A DNA stretch of 64,000 nt from assembly GCF_018977255.1 (NCBI RefSeq), contig NW_024704743.1:2234001-2298000 (forward strand), in the 5' to 3' direction. Shown here in pieces: positions 1 through 11,424 of the stretch. The notes below the pieces were generated by a model that searched no databases, was not told where the DNA came from, and saw only the letters and a program-made list of their open reading frames with translations. The stretch is from Callorhinchus milii (taxonomy: Eukaryota). Numbering within the stretch: the first letter of the stretch is position 1; the number at the start of each line of letters is the position of its first letter. The position numbers and the translations under genes were made by a program.

Positions 1-625
1 GCGCTTCACAGAATATGCTGTAAAGTGTAAGTGACTGTGTGTTTTGTGGGTAAAATGGTCCTCTCTGGTTCAAATTTTACCTTTCGACCCGTCTCCACTT
101 TGTCTCCACTTGGTCGGCTTCTCCTCCAGCCCTACCCCTAAACTAAAACCTACTGCTTCAACCGTGCTTATGGGGCACCTCCCCTCTCCCCCTCCTCCCT
201 CCACCCTCACTCCCTCCTCTCCTGATTGCCACCCGACACTGTGAAACGTCTGAGGCGTTATCCGAAGCGAAGGATAGGCCGGTCGCTGTACGAATGTCAA
301 GTCGTTGCTGTTGGTGGAAATGCCACTGTTTTCGCTGAGGAGATTGCAGCCGAATGTGGCTTTTCACAAACGTAAGCAGACGTTTACACCTCACTGCTTG
401 CGTGACCCGATCTCCAGGAAAAAACCCTGCTGCCATTTTAGAGACGTTAAGAATCTTAATTGCCTCCGAAACATCAGTGGGTCAATAATTGTGTGTGTGT
501 GAACACTGCCCTACAGTGGTCTGATTGAGAATTGTTTTCCCTGCTCTCTTTTCTCCCTTTCTCATTCCTTCATTCACTCAAATTACCGAACAAATGTCTT
601 ATTAATTTGTTACTAACTCATTCAG

Positions 626-970
626 TGGAGTCCTGTAGCTCAGTGGTTTTGGGCAAGTTTCCTCACGCCACACACACACACACACACACACACGCGCGCC
701 TCTGTTTACCGGCAGTCAGTGGGAACCCAGCTGTTAGTCGATTGGCGGATGGCTTTTCCGGGGGTAACAATCCCTTGAAAATAATTTTTAAAAAGAATTT
801 TGTCACTCAACCCACGGCTGTTTGTGGGAACGCTGCTGTGCGCAATCGGCTGCCGCGTTTCGACCACGAAACACACACACAGTCGATTCACTTTACAGTG
901 TGTCTCGTGAAGCGCTTTGAAACTCGAAGACGTGATAAGGCGCCGTATCAAATGCCAGGATTATTATTGT
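626..970 (+). mobile_element. Family A SINE with most of the tRNA head deleted
   Basis: GTGGAGTCCTGTAGCTCAGTGGTT joins directly to TTGGGCAAGTTTCC; the remainder is colinear to the tail. Confidence 0.88.
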
Positions 971-1124
971 TTATTTTATTCCATCACCAACTGAGCCTTT
1001 AGCCACTAACCCATTAGGGATCCCACTTTCCCTCTGTCCATCCTCTTTGCCCCTCTTTATTTGTTTAAATCCAACTTAAAAACTTGCCTCCTCACCCACA
1101 CTCCCTTTTCCCGTCCTTTGGATG

Positions 1125-1395
1125 AGACCTTAAACCCAGACGTTTGTCTGTTCAGGCGGACGGTAAGGATTCCCCTCCTGGCCAACAATCCCCCCAGATA
1201 CAACTGGTCTCTCACTTCACGGCTGTCTGCAGGATGTTGCTGTGAGTGACCGGCAGGCGCAAAATCCAAAGCCATTCCACTTTGCCTACAAACGCACAGT
1301 CACTACACTTCACAATGCAATCCTGTGAAGCGCTTTGAGCCGTGTCCAATGGCACGACAAGGTGCGATATCAATGCAAGGATTATTATTATTGAT
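1125..1395 (+). mobile_element. Decayed family B SINE fragment
   Basis: GTTCAGGCGGACGG...CCTGGCCAACAATCCCC...GAAGCGCTTTGAG...ATCAATGCAAGGATTATTATT. Confidence 0.6.
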
Positions 1396-1732
1396 TATAT
1401 CAACTGCAAGGATTATTATTTGCGCAAAAAAAACAGCATTTTCGGGGTAGTTTGGAGTCGACACACGGAGGTATAGTGCGCCACCCAGTGACTGGGTACG
1501 ATGTCGCCCATAATTGACGCCATGAATTCTCCATCTCTACCTCAGACTGAGTATGAAAGTGAGAAAATACAATACAATACAATATGACATTTGTTTAACA
1601 CCTTTCGCCTCAGGAGGACGTCCCAAGGCGTTGGATGAGAGAAGGTCCAGTGGTTGCTCACCCAGAGAGAGGGAATACAAGAGGAGGGGGATCATTCAAG
1701 ATGATCTTTCTTCCCCCCACCTCCCTCACACT

Positions 1733-1950
1733 GCTTTTCCGGGGGTAATAATTCCTTCAAAATAAATAATAATAATTCAGTCACTCAATCCCGCGGCTGT
1801 TTGTAGGGACGCTGCTGTGCACAATCGGCTGCCGCGTTTCGCCCACAAAATACACAGTCAATTCGCTTTACAGTGTATCCTGTGAAGCGCTTTGAAACGT
1901 CTCGAAGACGTGATGAGGCGCTGTGTCAAATGAAAGGATTATTATTATTT
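1733..1950 (+). mobile_element. Family A SINE, 3' half
   Basis: GCTTTTCCGGGGGTAATAAT through the tail and (ATT)n. Confidence 0.85.
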
Positions 1951-2529
1951 ATTATAATCATAGTCACTCACTGAGGTCGTGGTGGTGATTTTTGTTTTTT
2001 GCACTGATCCCTCTGCAGAAATCACGTTTGGTTCGATGATCCTAATGAAGTTTGATGCCCTGCGGCAGATAATTCTCTCGCCTGCCCGAGCTTCACTTCC
2101 TGCCCCGCGTTGTGTGTGATTGTCCACACTGAGCTGCATCCTGTAAACAGAGAATTGGCCGAGGAATTTGTATCTACTCAGGCCAACTCTACACCCAACA
2201 GCTCGGAGTGTTTACCATCAATTATGACTGGAGTAAGTCACCCTCCCTGCTCCATTTATATTGTGTAGTGCAACACAGACCCAGACACGCAGTAATAAAA
2301 GTGGACGGTGAGGCGGGAAGACAGAGGAAGAACAGTCCTCCTATCTTCTCACTTAAAGACTACTAAAGACCATGAAGCTACAGGACATTGAACAGTCACT
2401 TCAACCCACGGCTGTTTGTGGGGACACTGCTGTGCGCTATTGGCTGCTGCGTTTGGCCCACAAAATATACAGTCGATTCACTTTACAGTATATTCGGAGA
2501 ATCTTGTTGGCCTGAGCGGCAAAAGCCAC

Positions 2530-3600
2530 ATACAATTTCCTCGGTCAGTTTTCTCCTCACGATGGCTGATGGTTGGGCAGAGCAGGGCGGGGGATGTGAA
2601 GTCGAGCAGAGGGAGCGGGCGGGTTGATAGGGTTTAAGAAGGTCTCAGATATAGGGTGGGACAAAACTCCAGTGGGCTTTAAAAGGGAGGACGAGGATCT
2701 TCAGCTTGACCGTTTGGGGTACGGGAAGGATTGGGGTTGATAGAGGAGCAGATGCGGGAGAGGACACGAGTTGCAGAGTTCTGAATAGTCTGCAGCTTGA
2801 GGGGGGGAAGAGTTGGGAAGACCAGCAACAAGAGAGTTGGCCTGGTCAAGCCTGGACGTGATGAAAGCCTGGGTAAAGGGGCTCGGCGATAGTGGAGGTG
2901 GGCAATGTTTCGGAGGTGGCTCAAGGCACAAATGTCGGGTTCAAAGACATTTGAACAAAACATGGAGGTTTCACACTGGTTCTATAAGGTGGAGCGAACA
3001 TCTGTGCAGGTTGAGTAAGTGAGGTATTGTGGCGCAGACGGGAGCCAAGCAGGAGGAAGGCCTGTAACTTGTCAACCTTCGACTGGAGAAATTTGGGTCC
3101 AACAGGCAAGAAAGGGCAGGTAGAACAGCGGTGGTCCTGGAGTCAAGTGTAGAGGCAGAGAGATAGTTTGGTGCCATCCAAATCCATGCGGAAGTTAACC
3201 CCAGGCCTGGGAATGACATCAACAAGAAGGAACATGTAGATATTAAAGAGGAGAGGACCGTGCCCTGAGGAACACCGCACGTGGAGATAATAATAATAAT
3301 AATAATAATCCTTGCATTTGATATAGCGCTTTTCACGTCGGGAGGACGTCCCAAAGCGCTTCACAGAACATACTGCAAAGTGAATTGACTGTATATTTGT
3401 GGGGGAGGGGGGAGGGGGAGGGGGGGAGGGGAGACTTTGGCAGGTATGAAATGGAAGCGTTGGGTGGGGTAAGAACGAAACCAGGCAAAGGTGGAGCTGA
3501 GAGGAAAGGTGGGCGGTGGAGAAGAGGGTTGAAGTTGAAGTGTTGAAGGTGGCAGAAGGGTCAAGAGGAACGAGGAAGCAGAGAGAGCCCTGGTCACAGT
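2530..3600 (-). mobile_element. L2-clade LINE ORF2 remnant (RT and C-terminus), frameshifted and interrupted at 3287-3400 by a SINE-tail insertion
   Basis: Minus-strand peptides FAWFRSY..., CGVPQGTVL, HLRNIAHL, QAFITSRLDQANSLVAGLP and LKLQTIQNSATRVL are typical L2 ORF2 motifs. Confidence 0.85.
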
Positions 3601-3964
3601 TGGGGAGAATATTATAATAATAATAATACTAATAATAATCCTGGCATTTGATACAGCGCCTTATCACATCTTCGAGACGTCTCAAAGCGCTTTACAGGAT
3701 ACACTGTCAAGTGAAGTGACCGTATTATGTTATATTATATCCTCACATTCACCTACACATCCCTTCGTGCCCGAGCACCTCCCCACCTCTCCCACCTGCT
3801 TACTCCCTACATTACTTACCACCTCTGCTCGGCTGACTCAGGCCATCCTGTACAAGTTAAACTGCCCAAGACATTCTTGTACGTGAATATTGTGATATAA
3901 ATGCACATTGAGTTACTCGGGGAGGAAACACCAATTAAAGATCCCGTGGTCATGGTGATTTAAT

Positions 3965-3978
3965 CCACCAGGAGGCGA
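3965..3978 (+). promoter_or_regulatory. Candidate CTCF site, forward orientation
   Basis: CCACCAGGAGGCGA versus consensus CCASYAGRKGGCRS (two mismatches), in non-repeat sequence 3' of shh. Confidence 0.5.
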
Positions 3979-4084
3979 CCTTTGAATTAAAATAATAATA
4001 ATCCTCACAACAACAACAACAACTTGGATTTATAGAGCGCCCTCCACACCGGACGGCGTCTCAGAGGGCTTTAATATTCCTAAC

Positions 4085-4325
4085 ATTTGACAAAGCCCCT
4101 TTCACAATGGGAGGACATCTCACAGGACTTGTTGCAAAGTGTAGTGACTGAGTATTTTGTAGGCGAATGCGGCAGCCAATTATTGTGCAAAGCAATGTCC
4201 CACAAACAGTCGTGAAGCGAGTGACCAATTTTATTTGAGGGATTGTTGACCAGGACAGCAGGAGGAGAAACTCCCCTTCTCTCTTTTCGAGTGGGGTCCC
4301 GGGATCTTTAACGTCCACCTGAACG
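4085..4325 (-). mobile_element. Family B SINE, 3' part
   Basis: Reverse strand reads CAGGTGGACGTTAAAGATCCCGGG...CTGTCCTGGTCAACAATCCCTC...TGTGGGACATTGC. Confidence 0.65.
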
Positions 4326-4457
4326 GGACATAAATCTTTCATGCTGGGGACGAAGGGACACCCCACTGTAAATTGTTGATCAGCCAGGTGACTGTAGCTC
4401 TTTTCCATGTTTGCTCTTCCCCAAACCAACTGACTGAGGGTTTGGAAATTTTATTTT

Positions 4458-4793
4458 ATAATAATAATACTACTCCTGGCATTTCACACAGCGCCTGATC
4501 ACGTCTTCGAGACGTCTCAAAGCGCTTCACATGGTACAATCTAAAGTGAATTGACTGTGTATTTTGTGGGCAAAATGCGGCAGCCGATTGCACACAGCAG
4601 CGTCCCCACAAACAGCCGTGGGTTGAGGGAATTATTACCCCCGGAAAAGCGATCCGCCAATCGACTAACAACCTGCTGACTGCTGGTAAACAGCGGCGTG
4701 TGTGGTAAGGAAACTTGCCCAACATTTCGCCCTGACCTGCCCGGGAATCGAACCCGGGTCCTCTCGCTCGCCTGCTGTTACCACTGAGCTACA
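4458..4793 (-). mobile_element. Family A SINE, near full length
   Basis: Reverse complement of head (GTAGCTCAGTGG...GGTTCGATTCCCGGG), body and tail. Confidence 0.88.
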
Positions 4794-4884
4794 GTTGTCT
4801 GGTTTGGAAGGAAGTCACCGCTTCTCACCTCTTCTCCCAGGGAGGTTTCCTATCATCGTGAAGTGGAATTCGGCAAGCGTTGGA

Positions 4885-4915
<31 letters not shown>

Positions 4916-5247
4916 GTTACTGATTCCACTAATAGGGAACTTGACCGTCATGAGGTTAGTTTTACTTTACTGATGATCTGTGGTTGTATTAGTAGTAGTA
5001 ATAATAATAATAATCCCTGCATTTGACATAGCAACTCATCACGGCTTTGAGACGTCTAGTGATCCTATCACCTGAACGCTGACAGGTTTCCCTCTACAGT
5101 CGCTGTGTACGTGTGGGTTCAGCGCCTGGGGACATCCTCCCGGCGTGAAAGGCCCTGTGATAAATGCGATTTGTGTGCGTGGTTACTTTGGGTGTAAATT
5201 AACCGACCGGAGAGCCTCGACCGGAGAGAAATCATCGCTCACGTTCT

Positions 5248-5261
5248 CCACTAGATGGCAC
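5248..5261 (+). promoter_or_regulatory. Candidate CTCF site, forward orientation
   Basis: CCACTAGATGGCAC is a full match to CCASYAGRKGGCRS, within a CpG-containing unique island. Confidence 0.65.
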
Positions 5262-5544
5262 GAGGAGTCCATTGTAACTGCTTTTCCTCTCAGGCTCGTT
5301 GACGCTTCTGAACCAGGTTAGAACGTCACTGACTGGCCAACAGATCTCTGGATCCGTTGTTCGTTCAGGTCACCTTTGCCGCGCAAAAACTGGCTGATGC
5401 GTTTGTCCACAAATTCACAGTGGCTCCACTCGAAAGGCGTTGACGTTGACGGGCTGATGCTGCCATCAAACACAAAGGATCGCCATTGTCCATTCCAGAT
5501 TACCTTCACTGATCACTGCTGTCTATTAAAACATTACGTCGCTC

Positions 5545-6200
5545 TCCACTATTGTTGCTTTGTTCCTGTCAAATCAATGCTGTTGTTGCTTTCGATGTTG
5601 TCGAGGCCGGGATCGATTCTGCCACTGACGTATCTGTCGTCGTTGTGTTTGACGCTGTCAATGTGCTACCAGTTTTATTGCTGCTAGTATCATTTTTATT
5701 GTACTATTGTTGTTACTATTACTCCCCTGCCGTTTTACTGCCGTTGCGTATACTGTTCCGTTATTGTTGTTATTATTATTTTTGTGATTGTCGCTATTGT
5801 TGTTATTATTATTTTTGCTATTTTGTTCTTTGAATGGTGCTATTATCATTGAATCTGTAGTTCTGTTATAATTACTATTACTGCAATACAAGGCAAATTT
5901 ACATTTAAACGGCATGTTTCATATTGTGAGGCCATTACTCACAAAGAGAAGGGAGTAGTCAGGTCAGTAGGGTTTGAGGAAGGCACAGGGCATAATATTA
6001 CTAGTATTCGTATTGTTCCGCCAATGACACTATTATTGTTGTACAAGTTACCTTTCCTAATAATGTCTTGTTAATAGTTCCTGTTGTTCGTGAGATTATT
6101 CCTGTTCCCACTTTTGCTTTTGTACTGATCCGTAACAACTGTCTTTATTTTATTTTGTAGCAATAATATTGTTGTTATCGTTGTTACTGATTTTAATGTT
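5545..6200. repeat. Degenerate (TTG/TTA/CTG)n low-complexity tract
   Basis: Triplet-periodic T-rich sequence with no credible ORF. Confidence 0.65.
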
Positions 6201-6844
6201 TAATGTACTTTAATGTGAAGCCCTTTGAGACATCCCAATGATGTGATAAAGTGCTACACCAAATGCAAGGGGTTGTTGTTATATTCTGTGAAGCGCTTTG
6301 AAACATCTGACCGACGTGATACAAATGCAAATACAAGGAATATTATTATGAATATTAATAATAATAATAATTATTTGGTTGTTATTTAAATCTGAACAAT
6401 TGTTCCGCCTGCAATTCAAAACTACTTGGAGTTTTAGTACATTAACAACCCCCCCCCCACACACACACACACTATTTTTTCCGGGATTAATCAGGTAACT
6501 TTACACCTTCCTCATAGGCTGTAGTCTGTAACAGGAAACACGTTTAAACACATTAGCACAATCTGTTTATACAAGCTACAGCCACGAGCGAAGTAAATCA
6601 TGTGCATAATTGGCACTTTCTTTGAAAGCAACAAAATTAAGACTGCAGAATCGCTATTAAAATGTCATTCATGGGCGAAATGATTCTTGTTCTACATTTT
6701 TCTGGAAAGAGTGGAACTTTTGTTTTTTTTTCAACTCTTCCCAAAAGGGAAAGATATGCCCCCAGAACTTTGTTGGCAACTCAGACACTGGTCTGATCAA
6801 ACCACACGACAACTTGTGCTGTGGGAGAAAGAACCACATAGATT

Positions 6845-7030
6845 TATAATAACAATAATCCTGGCATTTGATACGGCGCGTTATCACAACTTTGAGACGT
6901 CTCAAAGCGCTTCACAGGACACACTGTAAAGTGCAGTGACTGTGTATTTTGTGGGCGAAACGCGGCAGCCAATCGCGCACAGCAGCGTCCCCCACAAACA
7001 GCCGTGGATTGAGTGACCAAATTATTATTT
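6845..7030 (-). mobile_element. SINE 3' half
   Basis: Deu-like block plus tail. Confidence 0.85.
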
Positions 7031-7284
7031 GATTGGGATTTGACAGGGGAGAGAGTTTCCTTTCTGCCGATGCATTACACGAGATCTTCCAATTCAACAG
7101 ATGAAATCATTAGTCATCTATAAACTGTACACCACAGTAAATGAATGATAACGTGTATTTATTTATAAAGCGGGCACAATGCTTCGTGGATCTAAATATC
7201 TACATTCATGAAATGTTTCACTAATATAAGGGATGTTATTAATGACCCAATCACATAAATGGATTAACTACAGATATTATTTGT

Positions 7285-7535
7285 CCACACACGCGCCTCT
7301 GTTTACCAGCAGTAAGTAGGAACCCGGTTGTTAAGTCGATTGGTGGATCACTTTTCCGGGGGGTAATAATTCCTTCAAAAAACATTTGTGGAGACGCTGC
7401 TGTGCGCAATTGGCTGCTACGTTTAAGCCACAAAATACACAGTCAAGTCACTCTGCGGTATATTCTGTGCAGCGCTTTGAGATGTGGTGAGGCGCCGTAT
7501 CAAGTGTAGGTATATTATTATTTATTATTATTGCT
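7285..7535 (+). mobile_element. Family A SINE lacking the head
   Basis: CACACACGCGCCTCTGTTTACC...tail and (ATT)n. Confidence 0.82.
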
Positions 7536-9039
7536 TGAATAACAACATAGGTTTACAACAGAATTAGTCGCTGTCAGGGATAAACAGCCGAATGTCAGTG
7601 GGACGTAGGGAAGAGGGTACGCGCTGGGTATTGGGTTGGAGTTTGTTTAAGTTGAGGTTGAGTCTGGGACAATGAGTCCCCATGAATGTTGGGGTTCAAG
7701 GAGCATCCCAGAACCTAACGTGTGGATCCTGGGGCACATTTACACAGCGCCCAGGGATGTTCTCCCGGCGTGAAAGGCGCTGTGTAAATGTGATGTGGTT
7801 GTTGTTCTTGCCAGACCCCCACTGGGAGACTTTTTTCTCAGACGTTCCCACACTGAGATTGTATTTGCATGATTTAATGCAAATGTCTGCTGGCTATTGG
7901 GTCTCGTTTATGGTATCCTGGGAAGAATCCCACCTTTTCCCTTTTGAGTGATGTGAATAGTGGTTCGAGTTTTAACGACTCGCATCTTCCTTATGGATCC
8001 CCCCAGTCTCCTCCACACCCCCCCCCCCCCCCCTCTCTCTCCTCAGCTATGTGTACTATGGTACTTCGTAGATAGGTTCAACTTTCCACGTGTAAACATC
8101 ACAAAGCCCAACAAGGTTCACAATCCATCTGAAGTTTCCCTCTGTGCAAAGTGAACTGTGCAAAGTGAACTGAAACGCTCCTTATACTCCCAGCATTTAG
8201 TACCTTCCTGTCAGGTCGGGTTCGATATTTGAAGCACTCATGGAACTTCCCCCTTCAAGCTTTTTTTTAACCCAAGCACACAATAATTTTCTTTTATTAC
8301 TGTCTAAGCCCATGTTTCATTCCTGAAGAGAATTAAATCTCCCTCCGCCCTCCATATTCCCTGCATCCAAGTTCCATTAATTCATTTTGGTACACAATAA
8401 AACCAAACCAATCTCTGCAGTTAGACCTGAAATCCACTGGCATCCATCTATATACCGTACAGTGTACGAATGATAAAATGTATTTCTTTAGGAAGCAAAG
8501 CAATAAATACTTAGTCGATCTAAATACAGAGCATCTCCATCCATTTGTGAAATTGTTGATGAATTTAAGTTGATGACTCAATGTGTTAACCGTAGATATT
8601 ATTTGTCCTTACTCATTTATCGTTAATAAATAACAGACGATTGTGAATATGATCTTTCTAATGGTAATATTAATGTTTAATTTTGACCATGTTTATTGGG
8701 TTCCCAGTGGAAAACTCTCATCTAAAGAGAACTCTCAACACATTTGTTGCTGAAGTCGGAACCATGTTCCTTAAACTAGACTTTGATACCGCAGTAGCGT
8801 CAAGGCTTCGATTTGAACGTATTCACAGGTTTGTTATGGTTCAGAGAAAATTTATTATTTTTTTTTTAAAAAATGTTCAAAAACAAAGCAGCACTGAAAA
8901 AAATCCCGTTAAACCTACTACAAAACAATATTTGTGTTTGTTACAATCTTTTCCATATATATATATATATATATAGGTCCCGGAATGATTGAAGGAGACA
9001 AAATGTGAAACATATTCCAGTTATATGCATTGACACAAC

Positions 9040-10298
9040 TATTGACTTAGCCTTATGTTTATTGTGGCTTCAAGATGTGACACTAAAACATAAATATTTT
9101 TTTTCTCTCATTTGCAAAATATTTAAAAGTTTCTGTACACAGTTTTGTTTTCTTCCTCGTTATCAAAAAGTCGAGTTCTACTGAAATGCTGCATTTTAAT
9201 AATATTCAAACAGAGCATTTGTGGGCACATGTTTCTATATTATAAAACTACTGTATTAAACTATTACAAAATATGCAAATAATACGGTTTTAGTAAATTT
9301 ACAGCTTTCGTTTTCTTCGAATTTTAATTCGTATGCAAAAAGAATATTTGTACAAACTACTATTTTCATTTAGAATATGAATTCATCATCGAGTTTCCTC
9401 ACTTTTAAAAAATATTTTCTTCCAGTAAAAGTTCAGTCTAAATGGACATGGTCATGGTAAAAGGGCAGTAGATTTTCACGTAAACTGTATAAATGAATGG
9501 CTTCTGCGACAAGTATCTTGTTCACAAAATAGCACAACAAGAAAGGAAAAAAAAAAAGGAGAATAAATGGAATGGTCAGAATTTAGTTTTTTTTGCAACT
9601 AGACATTAAATTAAAATAATATATTCTCGTATTTTACACTATTTCAAACAACGAAACGCGATTCAGTAAGTAATGATCTCTGCAAAAATCTAATTTACAA
9701 TTCTGTGTATAAAAATATAATTTATGGGCACCTCCTCCCCCCCCCCCACCACCACCACACACACGAAAAGTATGCCTTTTTTTTTGTCCGGAAGTAATAT
9801 GAAGGAATGGACACAAGAAAAAATGTGAAATGTTCTTTAACGATAGTAAGTTTCTGAAATAGCTTCATGACGTTAAGACATGTAGAAAAATATATTCTGT
9901 GCATCTCAGGTGACCACTGAAAACGATTCCCTTTCTTATGGGGTGGGGGGGCGGGACGGGGGGGGTGGGGTTGGGTAGTGGGGAGGGGGTCAAAAAAAAA
10001 CTTCACAGGGGAATAAATTAGCAAAGAAGTTTTTTTTAAGGTTATTGAAGGTTCCAGTTTCTCTCTCTCTCTCTCTCTCTCTCCCTCATTTTTTTAAAAA
10101 AAACAACCCAACAGAAAGTAAACCACAAAAAAAAAGCGACGCAAATAAATGTGAACGAAATAAATATCCCCAAAAACCTCTTTTGGGCTTTTGTTGTCTG
10201 TTGAGTTCTACTTTATTTTGTGTGTGTGTGTGTCTGTGTGTGTGTGCGGTATTTTAATTTTTTTTAATTAACCTTTCTCTTTTCTCTTTTTAACTCTC
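9040..10298 (-). other. Predicted shh 3'UTR, AU-rich, free of SINE/LINE insertions
   Basis: Follows the stop codon. Conserved-looking blocks at 9605-9725 and 9220-9420. AATAAA hexamers on the minus strand at 10217-10212, 9063-9058, 8856-8851 and 8697-8692. Confidence 0.7.
9058..9063 (-). terminator. Candidate polyadenylation signal AATAAA
   Basis: First canonical hexamer after the conserved 3'UTR blocks. A CA follows about 13 nt later, then GTTGTGTC. An alternative lies at 8697-8692. Confidence 0.45.
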
Positions 10299-10990
10299 TC
10301 AGCTCGAGTTCAGCTCCATCCCCAGTGGATGGACAGAGTCAGTGTCCAAAACCCAGCCGCCTAGTTGGTACAAGGCCCTGGAGTACCAGTGCAGCCCGTC
10401 TTCCTGGTCAGTGCTGTTGGCTGCGGCTTGACCGGTGGACAGCAGTAAAGAGGAGATGGCGTGGCTCAGCCTCACGGGTGTGAAAGCCCAATGGGCCAGT
10501 TTGTGTTGCTCGATCACAGCGTAGCAAGAGGCGAGTACCTGGTCGACCACCAGGTTGCCCTGAGCGGTCAGTGGGGCGTAGGCACCCGACATCTCCTCCA
10601 AGTAAACCCGCTCCACCACAGCCGTCTGCAGCTGTTGGCTGTCGCCCACCACGTACACCACTTGTCCTGGAGTCACGTTGCTGGCAAACGTGGGCTTGAA
10701 ACCGTTCGGACCCTGGCTGCTCTCTTGCAGGACAAACACCAGGTGGGCCGCGGTGAGGGTGAGCCTTCTGGGAGGATCCTGGGTTTCTACCACATAGAAG
10801 ACTTTCTTGGCCTCCTGCGCTCTGTCCAGAAACAGGATAAAGTCGCTGTAGACCAGGTCCCCTTGATCGTTGGCAGCCAGGATGCGATCTCCAGCTATAA
10901 GGTCCTTCACCAACTTGGTGCCTCCACTTTCCACACTGACCCTGGCCGAACCAGGGAAACAGCCTCCTGATTTGGCAGCCACTGAGTTTT
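10299..10990 (-). CDS. shh: Sonic hedgehog coding exon 3: end of Hh-N, Hint autoprocessing domain and sterol-recognition region (aa 188-417)
   Basis: TAG|AA acceptor at 10991/10990 completes the phase-1 Glu codon. Reads [16 protein letters not shown] (Cys198 at 10961-10959), LTAAHL (TxxH), [19 protein letters not shown]...[10 protein letters not shown], then TGA at 10301-10299. [16 protein letters not shown] and the C-terminus are Shh-type rather than Ihh/Dhh-type. Total CDS 1254 nt, in frame. Confidence 0.97.
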
Positions 10991-11159
10991 CTATATTTTT
11001 TTTGCCGGGGGGCGGGGGGAAGAGGGGGGAAAAAAAAAGAGTTGAAGGATTTTTGGAATTATATTTGAACAACTATTGTGCAGGTAATAAAAGAAAAAGA
11101 CATAAACTGCTATCACAAACTTTTGCTGCTATTCGTTTGGCTGTCATTTCATCCTATAC

Positions 11160-11345
11160 AATAAATAATTCTTGCCTTTGATTCAGCGCCTTATCACGTC
11201 TTTGAGGCGTCTCAAAGCGCTTCACAGGATATACTGTAAAGTGAATTGACTGGATATTTTGTGGGAGAAACTCGGCAGCCAATTGCCAATGGCACACAGC
11301 AGCGTCCCCACAAACAGTCGTGGATTGAGCGACCAAATGATAATA
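11160..11345 (-). mobile_element. SINE 3' half in shh intron 2
   Basis: Deu-like block and tail; inverted relative to 11425-11550. Confidence 0.85.
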
Positions 11346-11424
11346 ATTTACTGTTACTATTACTATTTTTACTATTTTTTAACTGGATTATTACCACTGG
11401 GAAAGTGAACTACATTGTGCATCT

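Noticed and set aside
10461..10970. 169-aa plus-strand ORF
   Set aside because: Antisense shadow of shh exon 3 with no independent homology or signals.
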